Assembly (NCBI GenBank): GCA_003228095.2
Contig: QGNM01000003.1
Coordinates: 1,241 to 65,240, forward strand
Source: Chloroflexota bacterium
GTDB lineage: Bacteria > Chloroflexota > Dehalococcoidia > Lucifugimonadales > UBA2962
Direction of reading: 5' to 3'
DNA length: 64,000 nucleotides
Shown piece after piece: positions 28,273 to 39,010 of the stretch. The position numbers and the translations under genes were made by a program. The stretch's first letter is position 1. Each line of letters starts with the position of its first letter. The notes under the pieces were generated by a model, which searched no databases, was not told the origin of the DNA, and worked only from the letters and a program-made list of their open reading frames with translations.

Positions 28273-29202
28273 CTATTTCATAGTTAAGAGAATTTGGGTG
28301 TTCACTGACTTGAATTTTTTCATCTGATTGTTTTGGGGTAATCTTTTAACTATAGAGTTAAAGTTTAAAGATCTAAGAAATTGAATTAGTTCATCGTTAT
28401 CATATTGGGGAAATTCAGCTGACTCGAGATTAAGATGCACTGGTACATCTCTTCGTATCGTGGCTAGATCTTTACTTTGAAATGCGGTTGTTTTGTTTTG
28501 CAGCAACAAATTTTGAATTCTTTCTGGAGTTACCTCATTGATGTTTTCATAAATCCCCTCAATGGTTGAATATTGTTTAAGCAATTTTAATGCTGTCTTT
28601 ATTCCTATTCCGGGCACGCCAGGAATATTGTCTGATGCATCCCCCTGTAAACCTTTTATGTCTGGAACAATTTCAGGTTTTAGTCCATCATATCTTTTGG
28701 ATACTTCTTCTATGTCATATGTTTTTCTGTTGAAGGCTGTGGATATATAAACCTTAGTGTTTTTTGATACCAACTGTAGAGTGTCTGAATCAACAGTAAC
28801 AATGAGCGAGTCCATTCCAAAGCGTTCAGATTGACTACTTAACGTTCCAAGTACATCATCTGCTTCATAGCCTTTTGAATCATAAATAGGAATGTTGAAA
28901 ACATGCATCAGTTTTTTTATTAAGTCGATTTGTTTGGGCAGATCTTCAGGTGTTGGAGGTCTATTCGCTTTGTATTGATCAAACAACTCATGCCTAAACG
29001 TAGGTTCGCGTCTATCAAAAGCAATTGCGCAGTGACTCGGCTCAAAGTCAGAAATTATACGTAGAAAACTATTTATAAATCCATAAACCGCACCAATTGG
29101 TTCACCGGTAGATGGGAGGTTCATAGGCATCTTTATTGCATGGTAAGCCACGAATACAAGAGCATGGCCGTCAATTAATAATATTAAGGGGCGCTTTGCC
29201 AT
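28273..29202 (-). CDS. polA: DNA polymerase I, 5'-3' exonuclease part (out of frame with the Klenow part)
   Basis: LIDGH, YKANR, GYEADD and GDASDNIPGVPGIG.KTA. Confidence 0.9.
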   Translation of the reverse strand: MAKRPLILLIDGHALVFVAYHAIKMPMNLPSTGEPIGAVYGFINSFLRIISDFEPSHCAIAFDRREPTFRHELFDQYKANRPPTPEDLPKQIDLIKKLMHVFNIPIYDSKGYEADDVLGTLSSQSERFGMDSLIVTVDSDTLQLVSKNTKVYISTAFNRKTYDIEEVSKRYDGLKPEIVPDIKGLQGDASDNIPGVPGIGIKTALKLLKQYSTIEGIYENINEVTPERIQNLLLQNKTTAFQSKDLATIRRDVPVHLNLESAEFPQYDNDELIQFLRSLNFNSIVKRLPQNNQMKKFKSVNTQILLTMK

Positions 29203-29290
29203 TTATATCTTTTGCTCGATTTAATTATGGTTTCATTAAAGTCATGATAATCCTAACAGTAATAGAACTAATGTGCAGATAAATTAAAAA

Positions 29291-30712
29291 TCAAATAGTA
29301 ATTAATTCTTGGGCAACCTTGAGGAGAGAGTCTACTTCTTCTTGTGAACGACCTTCAGCGTATGTTCTTAATAGTGGTTCTGTTCCAGAAAATCTGATCA
29401 GCATCCATGAACCATTTTTGAGTTTAAATTTAAAGCCATCAGCTTTATTGATATCGTGCCATTCAGAGCCCATTAGTCGAATGTCTAATCTCTCAATTTT
29501 TTGAAGAATTTTTTCTCTGTCGGGATTTTTAAACTTGATATCAATTCTTTTGTAATAATGAGGTCCAACTATGCTGAATAACCAATCTATTAATTCTCTA
29601 ACGCTTTTACCAGTTTTAACCATCATGTCCAGCATTATTAATCCGCATAATATTCCATCTCTGTCTGGCATGTGTCCCTCTATTGTAAATCCACCACTTT
29701 CCTCTCCTGCCACCAAGGCGTTATGATGCTTGATTAGTGGGGCAATATGTTTAAAGCCGACTTTTGTTTCAATCACTGGCACGTCATATATTTTGCCCAG
29801 TCGATCAATCATACTGGTTTGAGTTAGCGATCGGATTATCGGTCCTCTTTTTTTTAGGACTTCTAATTGGTACAAACAAATTAGAGCAAATGTTTCTAAT
29901 GGAGTAACAAATTCACCGTTTTCATCCAGGATCCCAACTCTATCGGCGTCTCCGTCATTAGCAATGCCAATATCATAGTGATTATGTTTAACTGTTTCAC
30001 TTAGTAACTCTAAATTTTTTCCTACTGGCTCTGGCTGTTCAATTCCAGGAAAATCATGATCCTTGATTGAATGGATCTGTTTTACTTCGGTGCGTTTCCC
30101 AGAAAATAGTTCAGAAAAGTACCCAATTCCTGATCCATACATTGGGTCATGAGCGATTTTAATTCCGGCAGATCCGATCTCATCTATATTCAGTAACTGG
30201 TTTAGGTGGTTTAAGTATGGTGATTTAAGATCAATTGTCTTAACTAGACCAGAAGTCACCGCATCCTCAAGAGGAAACTTTTTTATACTTGGTTCTTGTT
30301 CTAAACGTCGTATATGTGTTTCTAATTGCTGCACTATTTTTGGGGAAGCACTACTGCCATCAGACATTTTCAATTTATAACCATTATATTTTGATGGATT
30401 GTGGCTAGCCGTGATTACTATTCCAGCAGCGGCAGAATCAGACCACACGGCGTGACTGACAACGGGAGTAGGGACAGGTCCGTTATTTAGCAACACATGT
30501 ATATTATTTCCTGCAAAAACTTCGGCGACTGATTTTGCGAACACATCTGATTTTAGTCGTGTATCATACCCAATAATAACCGGTGAGATATCGGTTGGAT
30601 TTTCAGTTTTTATTAAATCTGCAGTTGCTTGAGCACATATTTGGACATTACTTAAGTTAAAGTCCTCATCTATTAGGGCTCTCCATCCTTCAGTGCCAAA
30701 TTTTATGTTCAT
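29291..30712 (-). CDS. Phosphoglucomutase/phosphomannomutase family protein
   Basis: KFGTEGWR, TASHNP, DGDADR, GEESGG and RFSGTEP. Confidence 0.9.
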   Translation of the reverse strand: MNIKFGTEGWRALIDEDFNLSNVQICAQATADLIKTENPTDISPVIIGYDTRLKSDVFAKSVAEVFAGNNIHVLLNNGPVPTPVVSHAVWSDSAAAGIVITASHNPSKYNGYKLKMSDGSSASPKIVQQLETHIRRLEQEPSIKKFPLEDAVTSGLVKTIDLKSPYLNHLNQLLNIDEIGSAGIKIAHDPMYGSGIGYFSELFSGKRTEVKQIHSIKDHDFPGIEQPEPVGKNLELLSETVKHNHYDIGIANDGDADRVGILDENGEFVTPLETFALICLYQLEVLKKRGPIIRSLTQTSMIDRLGKIYDVPVIETKVGFKHIAPLIKHHNALVAGEESGGFTIEGHMPDRDGILCGLIMLDMMVKTGKSVRELIDWLFSIVGPHYYKRIDIKFKNPDREKILQKIERLDIRLMGSEWHDINKADGFKFKLKNGSWMLIRFSGTEPLLRTYAEGRSQEEVDSLLKVAQELITI

Positions 30713-30744
30713 GCTATAGGTCCGCTACGAGAAAAATTCGATAT

Positions 30745-31959
30745 TTAGTTACCAAATAGCTCTTTTTTTATTATTGCTGCTTTGTCTGTCACTTCCCATG
30801 GTAAATTTAGATCATCTCTTCCAAAGTGCCCGAATGCAGCTGTTTGTTTGTATATTGGTCTGCGCAAATTTAAATCTTTTATTATGGCTCCCGGTCTTAA
30901 ATCAAAATGTTTATCAACAATGCCAACAATTTTTTCATCATCAATGTGATTGGTTCCAAAAGTTTCGATTGCAATTGATATTGGCTTTGCAACTCCTATT
31001 GCATAAGAAACTTGAATTTCTAAGCGATCCGCAACACCGGCTGACACTAAGTTTTTTGCCACATATCGTGCTGCATAATGTGCTGATCGATCAACTTTAG
31101 TTGGATCTTTACCTGAAAAAGCACCTCCGCCGTGGCGTGCATGGCCGCCGTAGGTATCCACTAGAATTTTGCGACCAGTTAGGCCTGCATCTCCAACTGG
31201 ACCGCCAATGACAAATCTGCCGGACGGGTTCACAAGGTATTTAGTTTTTTTATCAATAAAATTATGAGGAATAATATTTAATGCAACTTGATCAATTAAG
31301 TCTTTTTCAATTGTTGATTGATCTACATCTGGGCTATGTTGAGTACTGAGTATTACTGTATCAATCCTTTTAGGAACTCCATATTCGTACTCTACAGTTA
31401 CTTGAGATTTTCCATCTGGCCTCAAGTAAGGTAGTGTTCCGTCATTTCTCAAATCAGACATTCTTTTGCACAGTTTGTGGGCAAGAGAAATTCCTAATGG
31501 CATAAGCTCCGAAGTTTCAGTGCAAGCAAACCCTACCATCATTCCTTGATCTCCTGCGCCTAGGCTATCAATGTCTGGCTGTTGATTGTTTTTACCTCGC
31601 ACTTCGAGTGATTCAGTAACGCCATCAGATATATCTCTTGACTGTTCTTTTAATGAAACACTTATGCCACATGATCGATGGTCAAAACCAAAATCCGGAT
31701 TGTTGTACCCTGCATCCTTAACCGTTTGCCTAACTATAGTAGGTATATCTACATAATGGCTGGTGGAAATTTCTCCGAAAACAAAAACTAAACCTGTCGT
31801 TGTGGCAGTTTCACACGCGACTCTGGCTTCCGGGTCGTGTCTTAATATGTCATCTAAAATGGCATCAGAGATTTGATCGCACAGTTTGTCTGGATGACCT
31901 TCTGTTACCGATTCTGAAGTAAAAAGATATTTAGATGAGTTCGTTAGGCTGTAAGCCAT
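30745..31959 (-). CDS. metK: S-adenosylmethionine synthetase
   Basis: [19 protein letters not shown] and [16 protein letters not shown]. Confidence 0.97.
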   Translation of the reverse strand: MAYSLTNSSKYLFTSESVTEGHPDKLCDQISDAILDDILRHDPEARVACETATTTGLVFVFGEISTSHYVDIPTIVRQTVKDAGYNNPDFGFDHRSCGISVSLKEQSRDISDGVTESLEVRGKNNQQPDIDSLGAGDQGMMVGFACTETSELMPLGISLAHKLCKRMSDLRNDGTLPYLRPDGKSQVTVEYEYGVPKRIDTVILSTQHSPDVDQSTIEKDLIDQVALNIIPHNFIDKKTKYLVNPSGRFVIGGPVGDAGLTGRKILVDTYGGHARHGGGAFSGKDPTKVDRSAHYAARYVAKNLVSAGVADRLEIQVSYAIGVAKPISIAIETFGTNHIDDEKIVGIVDKHFDLRPGAIIKDLNLRRPIYKQTAAFGHFGRDDLNLPWEVTDKAAIIKKELFGN

Positions 31960-32001
31960 GGTTCCTCCATATTTATTTAATTAAAAACCTGTTTTCAAGG
32001 T

Positions 32002-33282
<1,281 letters not shown>

Positions 33283-33330
33283 CTAATATTTGTGTCGTTT
33301 GGTTTTTGATTAATGCTAATAAATAATTAT

Positions 33331-34281
33331 TTAAGATATTGTGGTTAGGTTTACAAATTCATTGTAACGGTTTTCAATTTGATTATCAGAGACAATCTTC
33401 AATTTTTCTATACTGAATCCTTGAACTGTAAATGAACCCATGATCGTTCCATAAACTGCAGCTTTTCTTAAGTCTTGTGAAGATAGTTCGGATATATTCT
33501 TCCCGATCGATGCAAGGTGCCCCATAAATCCTCCAGCAAAGCTATCACCGGCGCCGGTCGGATCTATTACAGGATCCACGGGCAGCGCGGGACATGCAAA
33601 TAACGAAAAAGAATTCTCTACATCGATACTAATCATTAAAAGACCATGCTCGCCTTTTTTAACAATAACAACCCGAGGGCCTAAGTCGATAATTGATTTG
33701 GAAGCCTCGATAAGATTCTTCATGCCAGTCAGTTGCCTTAATTCCGTTTCGTCTAAGAACAATATGTCGGTTTTTGGGATCAGTTTTAATAGATCGTCCT
33801 TATTGTTTTCGATCCATAGATTCATTGAATCCATAGCTACTATTTTTGGTTTTGATCCTGCTTGTTTTAAAACTTCCATTTGTAGGGCAGGCTGGATATT
33901 TGCTAGAAAAAATACGTCAATAGATTTATGTTCTGCCCCCAGTTTTGGTTTAAATTCTGCAAAAACATTTAACTGAGTATCAATAGTTTCTCGGTAATTT
34001 AAGTTATTTGGGTCATATTTCCCGACCCACCTGAAAGTAGCACCGCTTTTTATTTGTAGCCCAGACAAGTCAATATTTCTGGACTCGAAGAATTCTATGT
34101 GGGTACGATCAAAATCTTCTCCTACCACTGCTACAACTGTTGGGGTAGCGAAATAGCTTGCTGCTATAGCAAAATACGATGCAGAACCACCCAACGCATC
34201 TACTCTTTTCCCGGCATGAGTTTCAACTGAGTCGTAGGCTACTGACCCAACGACTAATATCTTGTTGTTTGTGTTTAACAT
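33331..34281 (-). CDS. PfkB-family kinase, probably adenosine/nucleoside kinase
   Basis: VVGSVAYD, LGGSASY and DPTGAGDSFAGG. Context next to ahcY. Start codon uncertain (34281 or 34305). Confidence 0.8.
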   Translation of the reverse strand: MLNTNNKILVVGSVAYDSVETHAGKRVDALGGSASYFAIAASYFATPTVVAVVGEDFDRTHIEFFESRNIDLSGLQIKSGATFRWVGKYDPNNLNYRETIDTQLNVFAEFKPKLGAEHKSIDVFFLANIQPALQMEVLKQAGSKPKIVAMDSMNLWIENNKDDLLKLIPKTDILFLDETELRQLTGMKNLIEASKSIIDLGPRVVIVKKGEHGLLMISIDVENSFSLFACPALPVDPVIDPTGAGDSFAGGFMGHLASIGKNISELSSQDLRKAAVYGTIMGSFTVQGFSIEKLKIVSDNQIENRYNEFVNLTTIS

Positions 34282-34294
34282 TGAATGATTTAAA

Positions 34295-34645
34295 TTACTT
34301 TGCACCCTTTGAACTCGGGTGTCCTGCGTTTATCCATGATCCGGTGCCCGCTTCTATGTTATAAAGGTTATCTGAACTTAACCCCATAGCGGCAGCCATT
34401 TCGCATGCAAGTCCACTGCGAACGCCGACCTCGCATATAAATAGAAGTTTTTTTGAATCTGAGAGTTCATCAAACCTGGATAATATATCATCAACAGGAA
34501 TTGATAATGCGTTTGCAACATGACCTGCAACGTATTCGTCTGGTCTTCTTACATCTATCACGACAGTATCTTCCCGTTGATACATCTCAAGAGCTTCCTC
34601 TAAATCTATTCTATAATAGGGTTCGCCTACTTCCATTCTTGACAT
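34295..34645 (-). CDS. Single-domain rhodanese-like protein
   Basis: IDVR..DEY..GHV and active loop ICEVGVRS. Confidence 0.85.
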   Translation of the reverse strand: MSRMEVGEPYYRIDLEEALEMYQREDTVVIDVRRPDEYVAGHVANALSIPVDDILSRFDELSDSKKLLFICEVGVRSGLACEMAAAMGLSSDNLYNIEAGTGSWINAGHPSSKGAK

Positions 34646-34657
34646 AAACTTCTCCTG

Positions 34658-35530
34658 TTAGTTTTGTGTATTGGGTTGCACGTATTTCGATATTATTGAT
34701 TTCAGCCTGGCATACTCTACCGCACCTACCGAAGCATCTTTAGTAATTATAGTGTTAGCCAATGCATTCTGGCATTCACAAGTTCTTGGTGAAATCAGTT
34801 TAGGGATTAAATTTTTTATAATTGATTGACCATTGGTTACATTTGATGCTAGATGTGCTGCAACTTTTTCCTGGCTGACATGGTCGCTTTCTTTCCAAGA
34901 ATCATTATCGGTTACTAAAGACAAAGAGGCATAACAAATTTCTGCTTCTCTAGCTAACTTTGCTTCTGGAAGTGCAGTCATACCTATAATGTTACCTCCC
35001 CACTTTTGGTAAAGACGAGACTCTGCAGAAGTAGAAAATGCTGGGCCTTCTATCACTACCATTGTGCCACCACGATGAACGTTCATGTAATTCTCGCTCG
35101 CTTCAATTAGAGACTCAGACAGTTCATTGCAAAAAGGTTTCGCGAAACTTATATGCGCAACCATTGATTTATCAAAAAACGTGTTTACACGCTGATAAGT
35201 CCTATCGATTAATTGGTCAGGTATTACGGCATCTTCTGGATTTATTTCTTCAGATAAACTTCCGACAGCGCTTATAGATACTAATCGTTCAATTCCTATT
35301 GTTTTGAGTGCGTAAATATTCGCACGAGCGGGTAAATATGAAGGACTTATATTGTGATCCAATCCATGTCTTGGTAGGAAAGCAACAGTTTGGTTAGCTA
35401 GCTCTACTAAAGATATCAAGCCGCTTGGAGGCCCAAATGGAGTCTCTATAGATATTTGATCTACTATTTTTGTGTTTCGAATATCGTAGAATCCAGTACC
35501 ACCAATGAAAGCAAACTTTATAGTTTTCAT
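34658..35530 (-). CDS. mtnP: S-methyl-5'-thioadenosine phosphorylase
   Basis: IGGTG, TPFG.PS, LPRHG, EGPAFST.AES and GMTALPEAKLAREAE. Confidence 0.9.
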   Translation of the reverse strand: MKTIKFAFIGGTGFYDIRNTKIVDQISIETPFGPPSGLISLVELANQTVAFLPRHGLDHNISPSYLPARANIYALKTIGIERLVSISAVGSLSEEINPEDAVIPDQLIDRTYQRVNTFFDKSMVAHISFAKPFCNELSESLIEASENYMNVHRGGTMVVIEGPAFSTSAESRLYQKWGGNIIGMTALPEAKLAREAEICYASLSLVTDNDSWKESDHVSQEKVAAHLASNVTNGQSIIKNLIPKLISPRTCECQNALANTIITKDASVGAVEYARLKSIISKYVQPNTQN

Positions 35531-35536
35531 TTCAAT

Positions 35537-35938
35537 TTATACAATGTTCTCGGTTTGTATTTTGCTAGCTTCAATCGCCATTCTTTTTACAACTGTGTCT
35601 GGTCCATCTGCATCATCTCCAGCGAAGAGCATACGTTTTATAATTTTTGACAAATGATTCCCATTAATTAATTTAATATTAAGACATATTTTCAATAATT
35701 TTGAATAATACATATGATCAGAGGGACTCAATGATTTTGCAGCTAATACCATCGCAAAAGCCCAAGCATTTTGAGTGTTTTCTGTCCCGGAAATAAGGCC
35801 AGTATTGATTGATTGAATCAGATCTGAATACCTATTTACTCTCATAGTTTTTTTAGAACCATTATCATCAAGATAAGCCATAATTAGCTCATTACTTGTC
35901 CATATGAATTTGGCTGTAGATACTTTTAGAGACGTCAC
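35537..35938 (-). CDS. Divergent N-terminal-domain-only homologue of MtnA (MTR-1-P isomerase)
   Basis: Helix pattern aligns by eye with MtnA residues ~1-135 (IW..NEL; Y.D.IQSI..G.ISG; AFAMVLAA; L.KIIKRML; EA..I..E). First gene of the mtnP operon. Confidence 0.55.
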   Translation of the reverse strand: MTSLKVSTAKFIWTSNELIMAYLDDNGSKKTMRVNRYSDLIQSINTGLISGTENTQNAWAFAMVLAAKSLSPSDHMYYSKLLKICLNIKLINGNHLSKIIKRMLFAGDDADGPDTVVKRMAIEASKIQTENIV

Positions 35939-35972
35939 TAAGTTTCCCCATTGTTAGTACTAAACTTTCGAT

Positions 35973-36013
35973 AAAAAAAACTTCCCTCATAATCAATTTA
36001 GTAAGAGAAGTTT
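35973..36013 (-). terminator. Riboswitch expression-platform terminator
   Basis: Minus strand AAACTTCTCTTA ... TGAGGGAAGTTTTTTTT directly after the aptamer. The 5' arm can alternatively pair with the P1 3' strand. Confidence 0.8.
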
Positions 36014-36031
36014 GTAACGCCTTAGACGAAA

Positions 36032-36159
36032 CTCTCATCTCTCGAACAAATATTTAACAATAAGTTTAGTTCGTCGGATTTGGCACCGTTCCGAAATTAT
36101 AAGTTTCGAATGGTTGCCGGGCATCGAAGGGCCGTTCCCTCCGCCACTCTGGATAAGAG
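36032..36159 (-). ncRNA. SAM-I (S-box) riboswitch
   Basis: Minus strand CTCTTATCCAGAGTGGCGGAGGGAACGGCCCTTCGATGCCCGGCAACC...CGGTGCCAAATCC...GAGAGATGAGAG, upstream of mtnP-ahcY-metK. Confidence 0.95.
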
Positions 36160-36187
36160 CAATGCTATTTAATTTTTACGGTTACTA

Positions 36188-36216
36188 ATGCTATAAAAGC
36201 TAAAGTTTGTTGTCAA
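36188..36216 (-). promoter_or_regulatory. Sigma70-type promoter of the SAM-cycle operon
   Basis: Minus strand TTGACA-17 bp-TAGCAT, about 28 nt upstream of the riboswitch. Confidence 0.7.
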
Positions 36217-36322
36217 ACTAAGGATCAATTTAAATTTGGAGTGTTAGGTATTACAGAACTGTATGACTCTTATTTCAGGATAATGTATTATTTCGTAAAC
36301 AATCAGAAGTTTGGAGAAATTC

Positions 36323-37291
36323 ATGAAGGCAGTTCAAGTTAAAGGATTTGGTACGAGTGATGTGTTGGAATATGTAGATGTGGCTGTTCCTTCTGTTTCT
36401 TGTAGCGAAGTCTTGATTAAACAGGAAGCGATAGGTGTTAATTTTATAGACATCTACCAGAGATCAGGGGCGTACGAAGTTAAATTGCCCTTTATTCCGG
36501 GATCAGAAGGTGCTGGAGTAGTATCAGGGATAGGTAAAGATGTCACTCAGTTTAAAACTGGAGATAGAGTCGCATATTCTATGTCTCCTGGAGGATACGC
36601 TGAATATGTTGCGGTTTCTGAGAGCAATGTTGTTTCTGTTCCAGATGGCATAGATCTTTCTACTGCTGCTGCTTGTCTATTGCAGGGAATGACTGCTCAC
36701 TATTTAGTGTATTCGACATTTAAATTACAACCACAGCAAACATGTTTAATTCACGCTGGGGCGGGAGGAGTAGGTCTTGTCTTAATCCAAATGGCTAAAA
36801 ATATTGGAGCAAAAGTCATCACTACAGTATCTACGGAAGAAAAAAAACGGCTAGCCCTAGAAGCAGGAGCAGATGAAGTAGTTCTATACACGCAAGACAA
36901 TTTTGTGGAAGAAGTGAATAGGATTACCAAGGGACAAGGCCTGGAAGTTGTATATGATTCTGTGGGGCAAACGACTTTTGAAGGTGGGCTTGATTGTTTA
37001 AAACCAAGAGGATATTTCGTTTTGTATGGACAATCGAGCGGAGCGGTTCCACCGATTGATCCACAACTCTTAAATAGAAAAGGATCGATTTTTTTGACTA
37101 GGCCAACTTTGGCAAGCTATATGTTGAACCGGGAAGAGTTGAATTGGAGATCTGGAGACATTTTTAGATGGATAGAACAAGGTATGCTTCAAATCAGAAT
37201 AGGGTTATCTTTACCGTTAAAAAATGCACCTCGGGCGCACGATGATTTAGCCACGCGTAAAACAACGGGGAAAGTCATATTAACCCCATAG
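36323..37291 (+). CDS. qor: NADPH:quinone oxidoreductase (zeta-crystallin family)
   Basis: GVNFIDIYQRSG, LLQGMTAHYL, HAGAGGVG, VYDSVG and RKTTGK. Confidence 0.9.
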   Translation: MKAVQVKGFGTSDVLEYVDVAVPSVSCSEVLIKQEAIGVNFIDIYQRSGAYEVKLPFIPGSEGAGVVSGIGKDVTQFKTGDRVAYSMSPGGYAEYVAVSESNVVSVPDGIDLSTAAACLLQGMTAHYLVYSTFKLQPQQTCLIHAGAGGVGLVLIQMAKNIGAKVITTVSTEEKKRLALEAGADEVVLYTQDNFVEEVNRITKGQGLEVVYDSVGQTTFEGGLDCLKPRGYFVLYGQSSGAVPPIDPQLLNRKGSIFLTRPTLASYMLNREELNWRSGDIFRWIEQGMLQIRIGLSLPLKNAPRAHDDLATRKTTGKVILTP

Positions 37292-37319
37292 TTGTTTTAA
37301 TGGGTAATATTGTATTTTT

Positions 37320-38804
37320 ATGCTTTTAACAATACTTGAACAAAAACCAATTGACTCTATCGCAGTAAAACTTAGTGATGGAGAGGCATATAGTTACCAG
37401 GATTTAATTAACTTGGTTGACGACATGGCATCAAAACTTTCAGGTCATGGGGTTAAGCCTGGAATGGTGATAAATATTGTTATCGAGAATAGTATTGAAT
37501 TTTTGATTTCATTTTTATCAGTGACTAGATGTGGTGCTATAGCTGCGCCTTTAAACCCAACTTATACGGTTAGCGAATTTAATTTTTATATTGAAGATGC
37601 TAATAGCGCTTATTTGATTGTCAAAGATTTGGATAATCCTAGTGTAGCAGCTGTGCAAAATACTGATGTAAGCGTAATGCAAGTAGGAGTTTCGAAAACT
37701 GGAGTATTCTTAAGTGATTTAAAAGGCGAATTGACGCATAGTCGCGAACCAGAGAATGTTGAAGATGAAGCTGTTGCTTTGTTTTTACATACTTCTGGAA
37801 CTACCAGCAAACCCAAAGGAGTGCCTTTAACCCATCGCAATTTGTTAGCTTCATTAGACAATATCGTTAATACTTATAATTTAAGTGAGTCAGACACATC
37901 AATATTAGTGATGCCACTTTTTCATGTGCATGGTTTAATTGGAGCGGCCTTATCTACGTTTGTTTCTGGGGGCTGTTTAGTTGTTCCCGCTAGGTTTTCT
38001 GCTCGTAGTTTTTGGAAAATACAAGCAGAAACAAATGCAACTTGGTATTCAGCTGTACCAACGATACATAAAATATTGCTTGATAGAGCTGATTCTGACC
38101 AAGCTCCTTATGAAAGTTTTCGATTCATTAGGTCATGTTCATCCCCCCTTCCTAAAGAAGTTTTACTAGGTGTGGAAAATCGTTTTGGAAGCCCTGTATT
38201 GGAAGCGTATGGAATGACTGAAGCTGCGCATCAAATGTCTTCCAATAGATTGCCTCCTTATAAAAGATATCCTGGATCAGTTGGAAGCCAAACAGGGGTT
38301 GGGATTACTGTGCGAGATGAAAAAGGAATAGAGTTGGACTATTCCGAGCTGGGTGAGATATGCGTTAGAGGACCTAATGTTATGAGTGCCTATGTTAATA
38401 ATTTGTCCGCAAACAAATCAGCGTTCTGGGGCGATTGGTTTAGAACTGGAGATCAAGGGTTTATGTCTGAAGATAAAAATTTGACTTTAACTGGAAGACT
38501 TAAGGAGTTAATTAATAGGGGAGGAGAAAAAATTTCACCTGTTGAAGTGGACCAAGTTATCTTAAGTCACTTTGCTGTTTCTGAAGCAATTAGTTTTTCC
38601 TTGCCGGATGCAAAGTACGGTGAAAGCGTTAATACAGCAGTCGTATTGTCAGAACCGGTTTCTGAGTCCTCTATCATAAATTTTTGCACGGATAAATTAG
38701 CGTCATTTAAAATTCCTGGTCGAATATTCTTTTTAGATGAATTGCCAAAATCTGCTACTGGTAAAATCCAGCGACGTAGCATTGCTGACATGTTTAAAGG
38801 TTAA
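37320..38804 (+). CDS. Acyl-CoA synthetase, oxalate-CoA ligase (AAE3/Pcs60)-like
   Basis: LFLHTSGTTSKPKGVPLTH, MPLFHVHGL, FIRSCSS, LEAYGMTEAAHQMSSN and ELINRGGEKISP. Confidence 0.8.
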   Translation: MLLTILEQKPIDSIAVKLSDGEAYSYQDLINLVDDMASKLSGHGVKPGMVINIVIENSIEFLISFLSVTRCGAIAAPLNPTYTVSEFNFYIEDANSAYLIVKDLDNPSVAAVQNTDVSVMQVGVSKTGVFLSDLKGELTHSREPENVEDEAVALFLHTSGTTSKPKGVPLTHRNLLASLDNIVNTYNLSESDTSILVMPLFHVHGLIGAALSTFVSGGCLVVPARFSARSFWKIQAETNATWYSAVPTIHKILLDRADSDQAPYESFRFIRSCSSPLPKEVLLGVENRFGSPVLEAYGMTEAAHQMSSNRLPPYKRYPGSVGSQTGVGITVRDEKGIELDYSELGEICVRGPNVMSAYVNNLSANKSAFWGDWFRTGDQGFMSEDKNLTLTGRLKELINRGGEKISPVEVDQVILSHFAVSEAISFSLPDAKYGESVNTAVVLSEPVSESSIINFCTDKLASFKIPGRIFFLDELPKSATGKIQRRSIADMFKG

Positions 38805-39010
38805 TTATAAATTAGTGATTTAATTCATATCGGGTACGTATCTGAATGCAGTTTTGGTTTTCGAAGTCATTTTAATGTGCTTGACTAGAAGAGGTACTTG
38901 ATTAGTGTTAGTATTCGTAAAATATTAATAATTGGCATAAGAAAAATGAGAAGTTCATTTTTATTTTATGAAAATTACCAAGGTCTACAATATTATTTTA
39001 GGAGTTAGTT

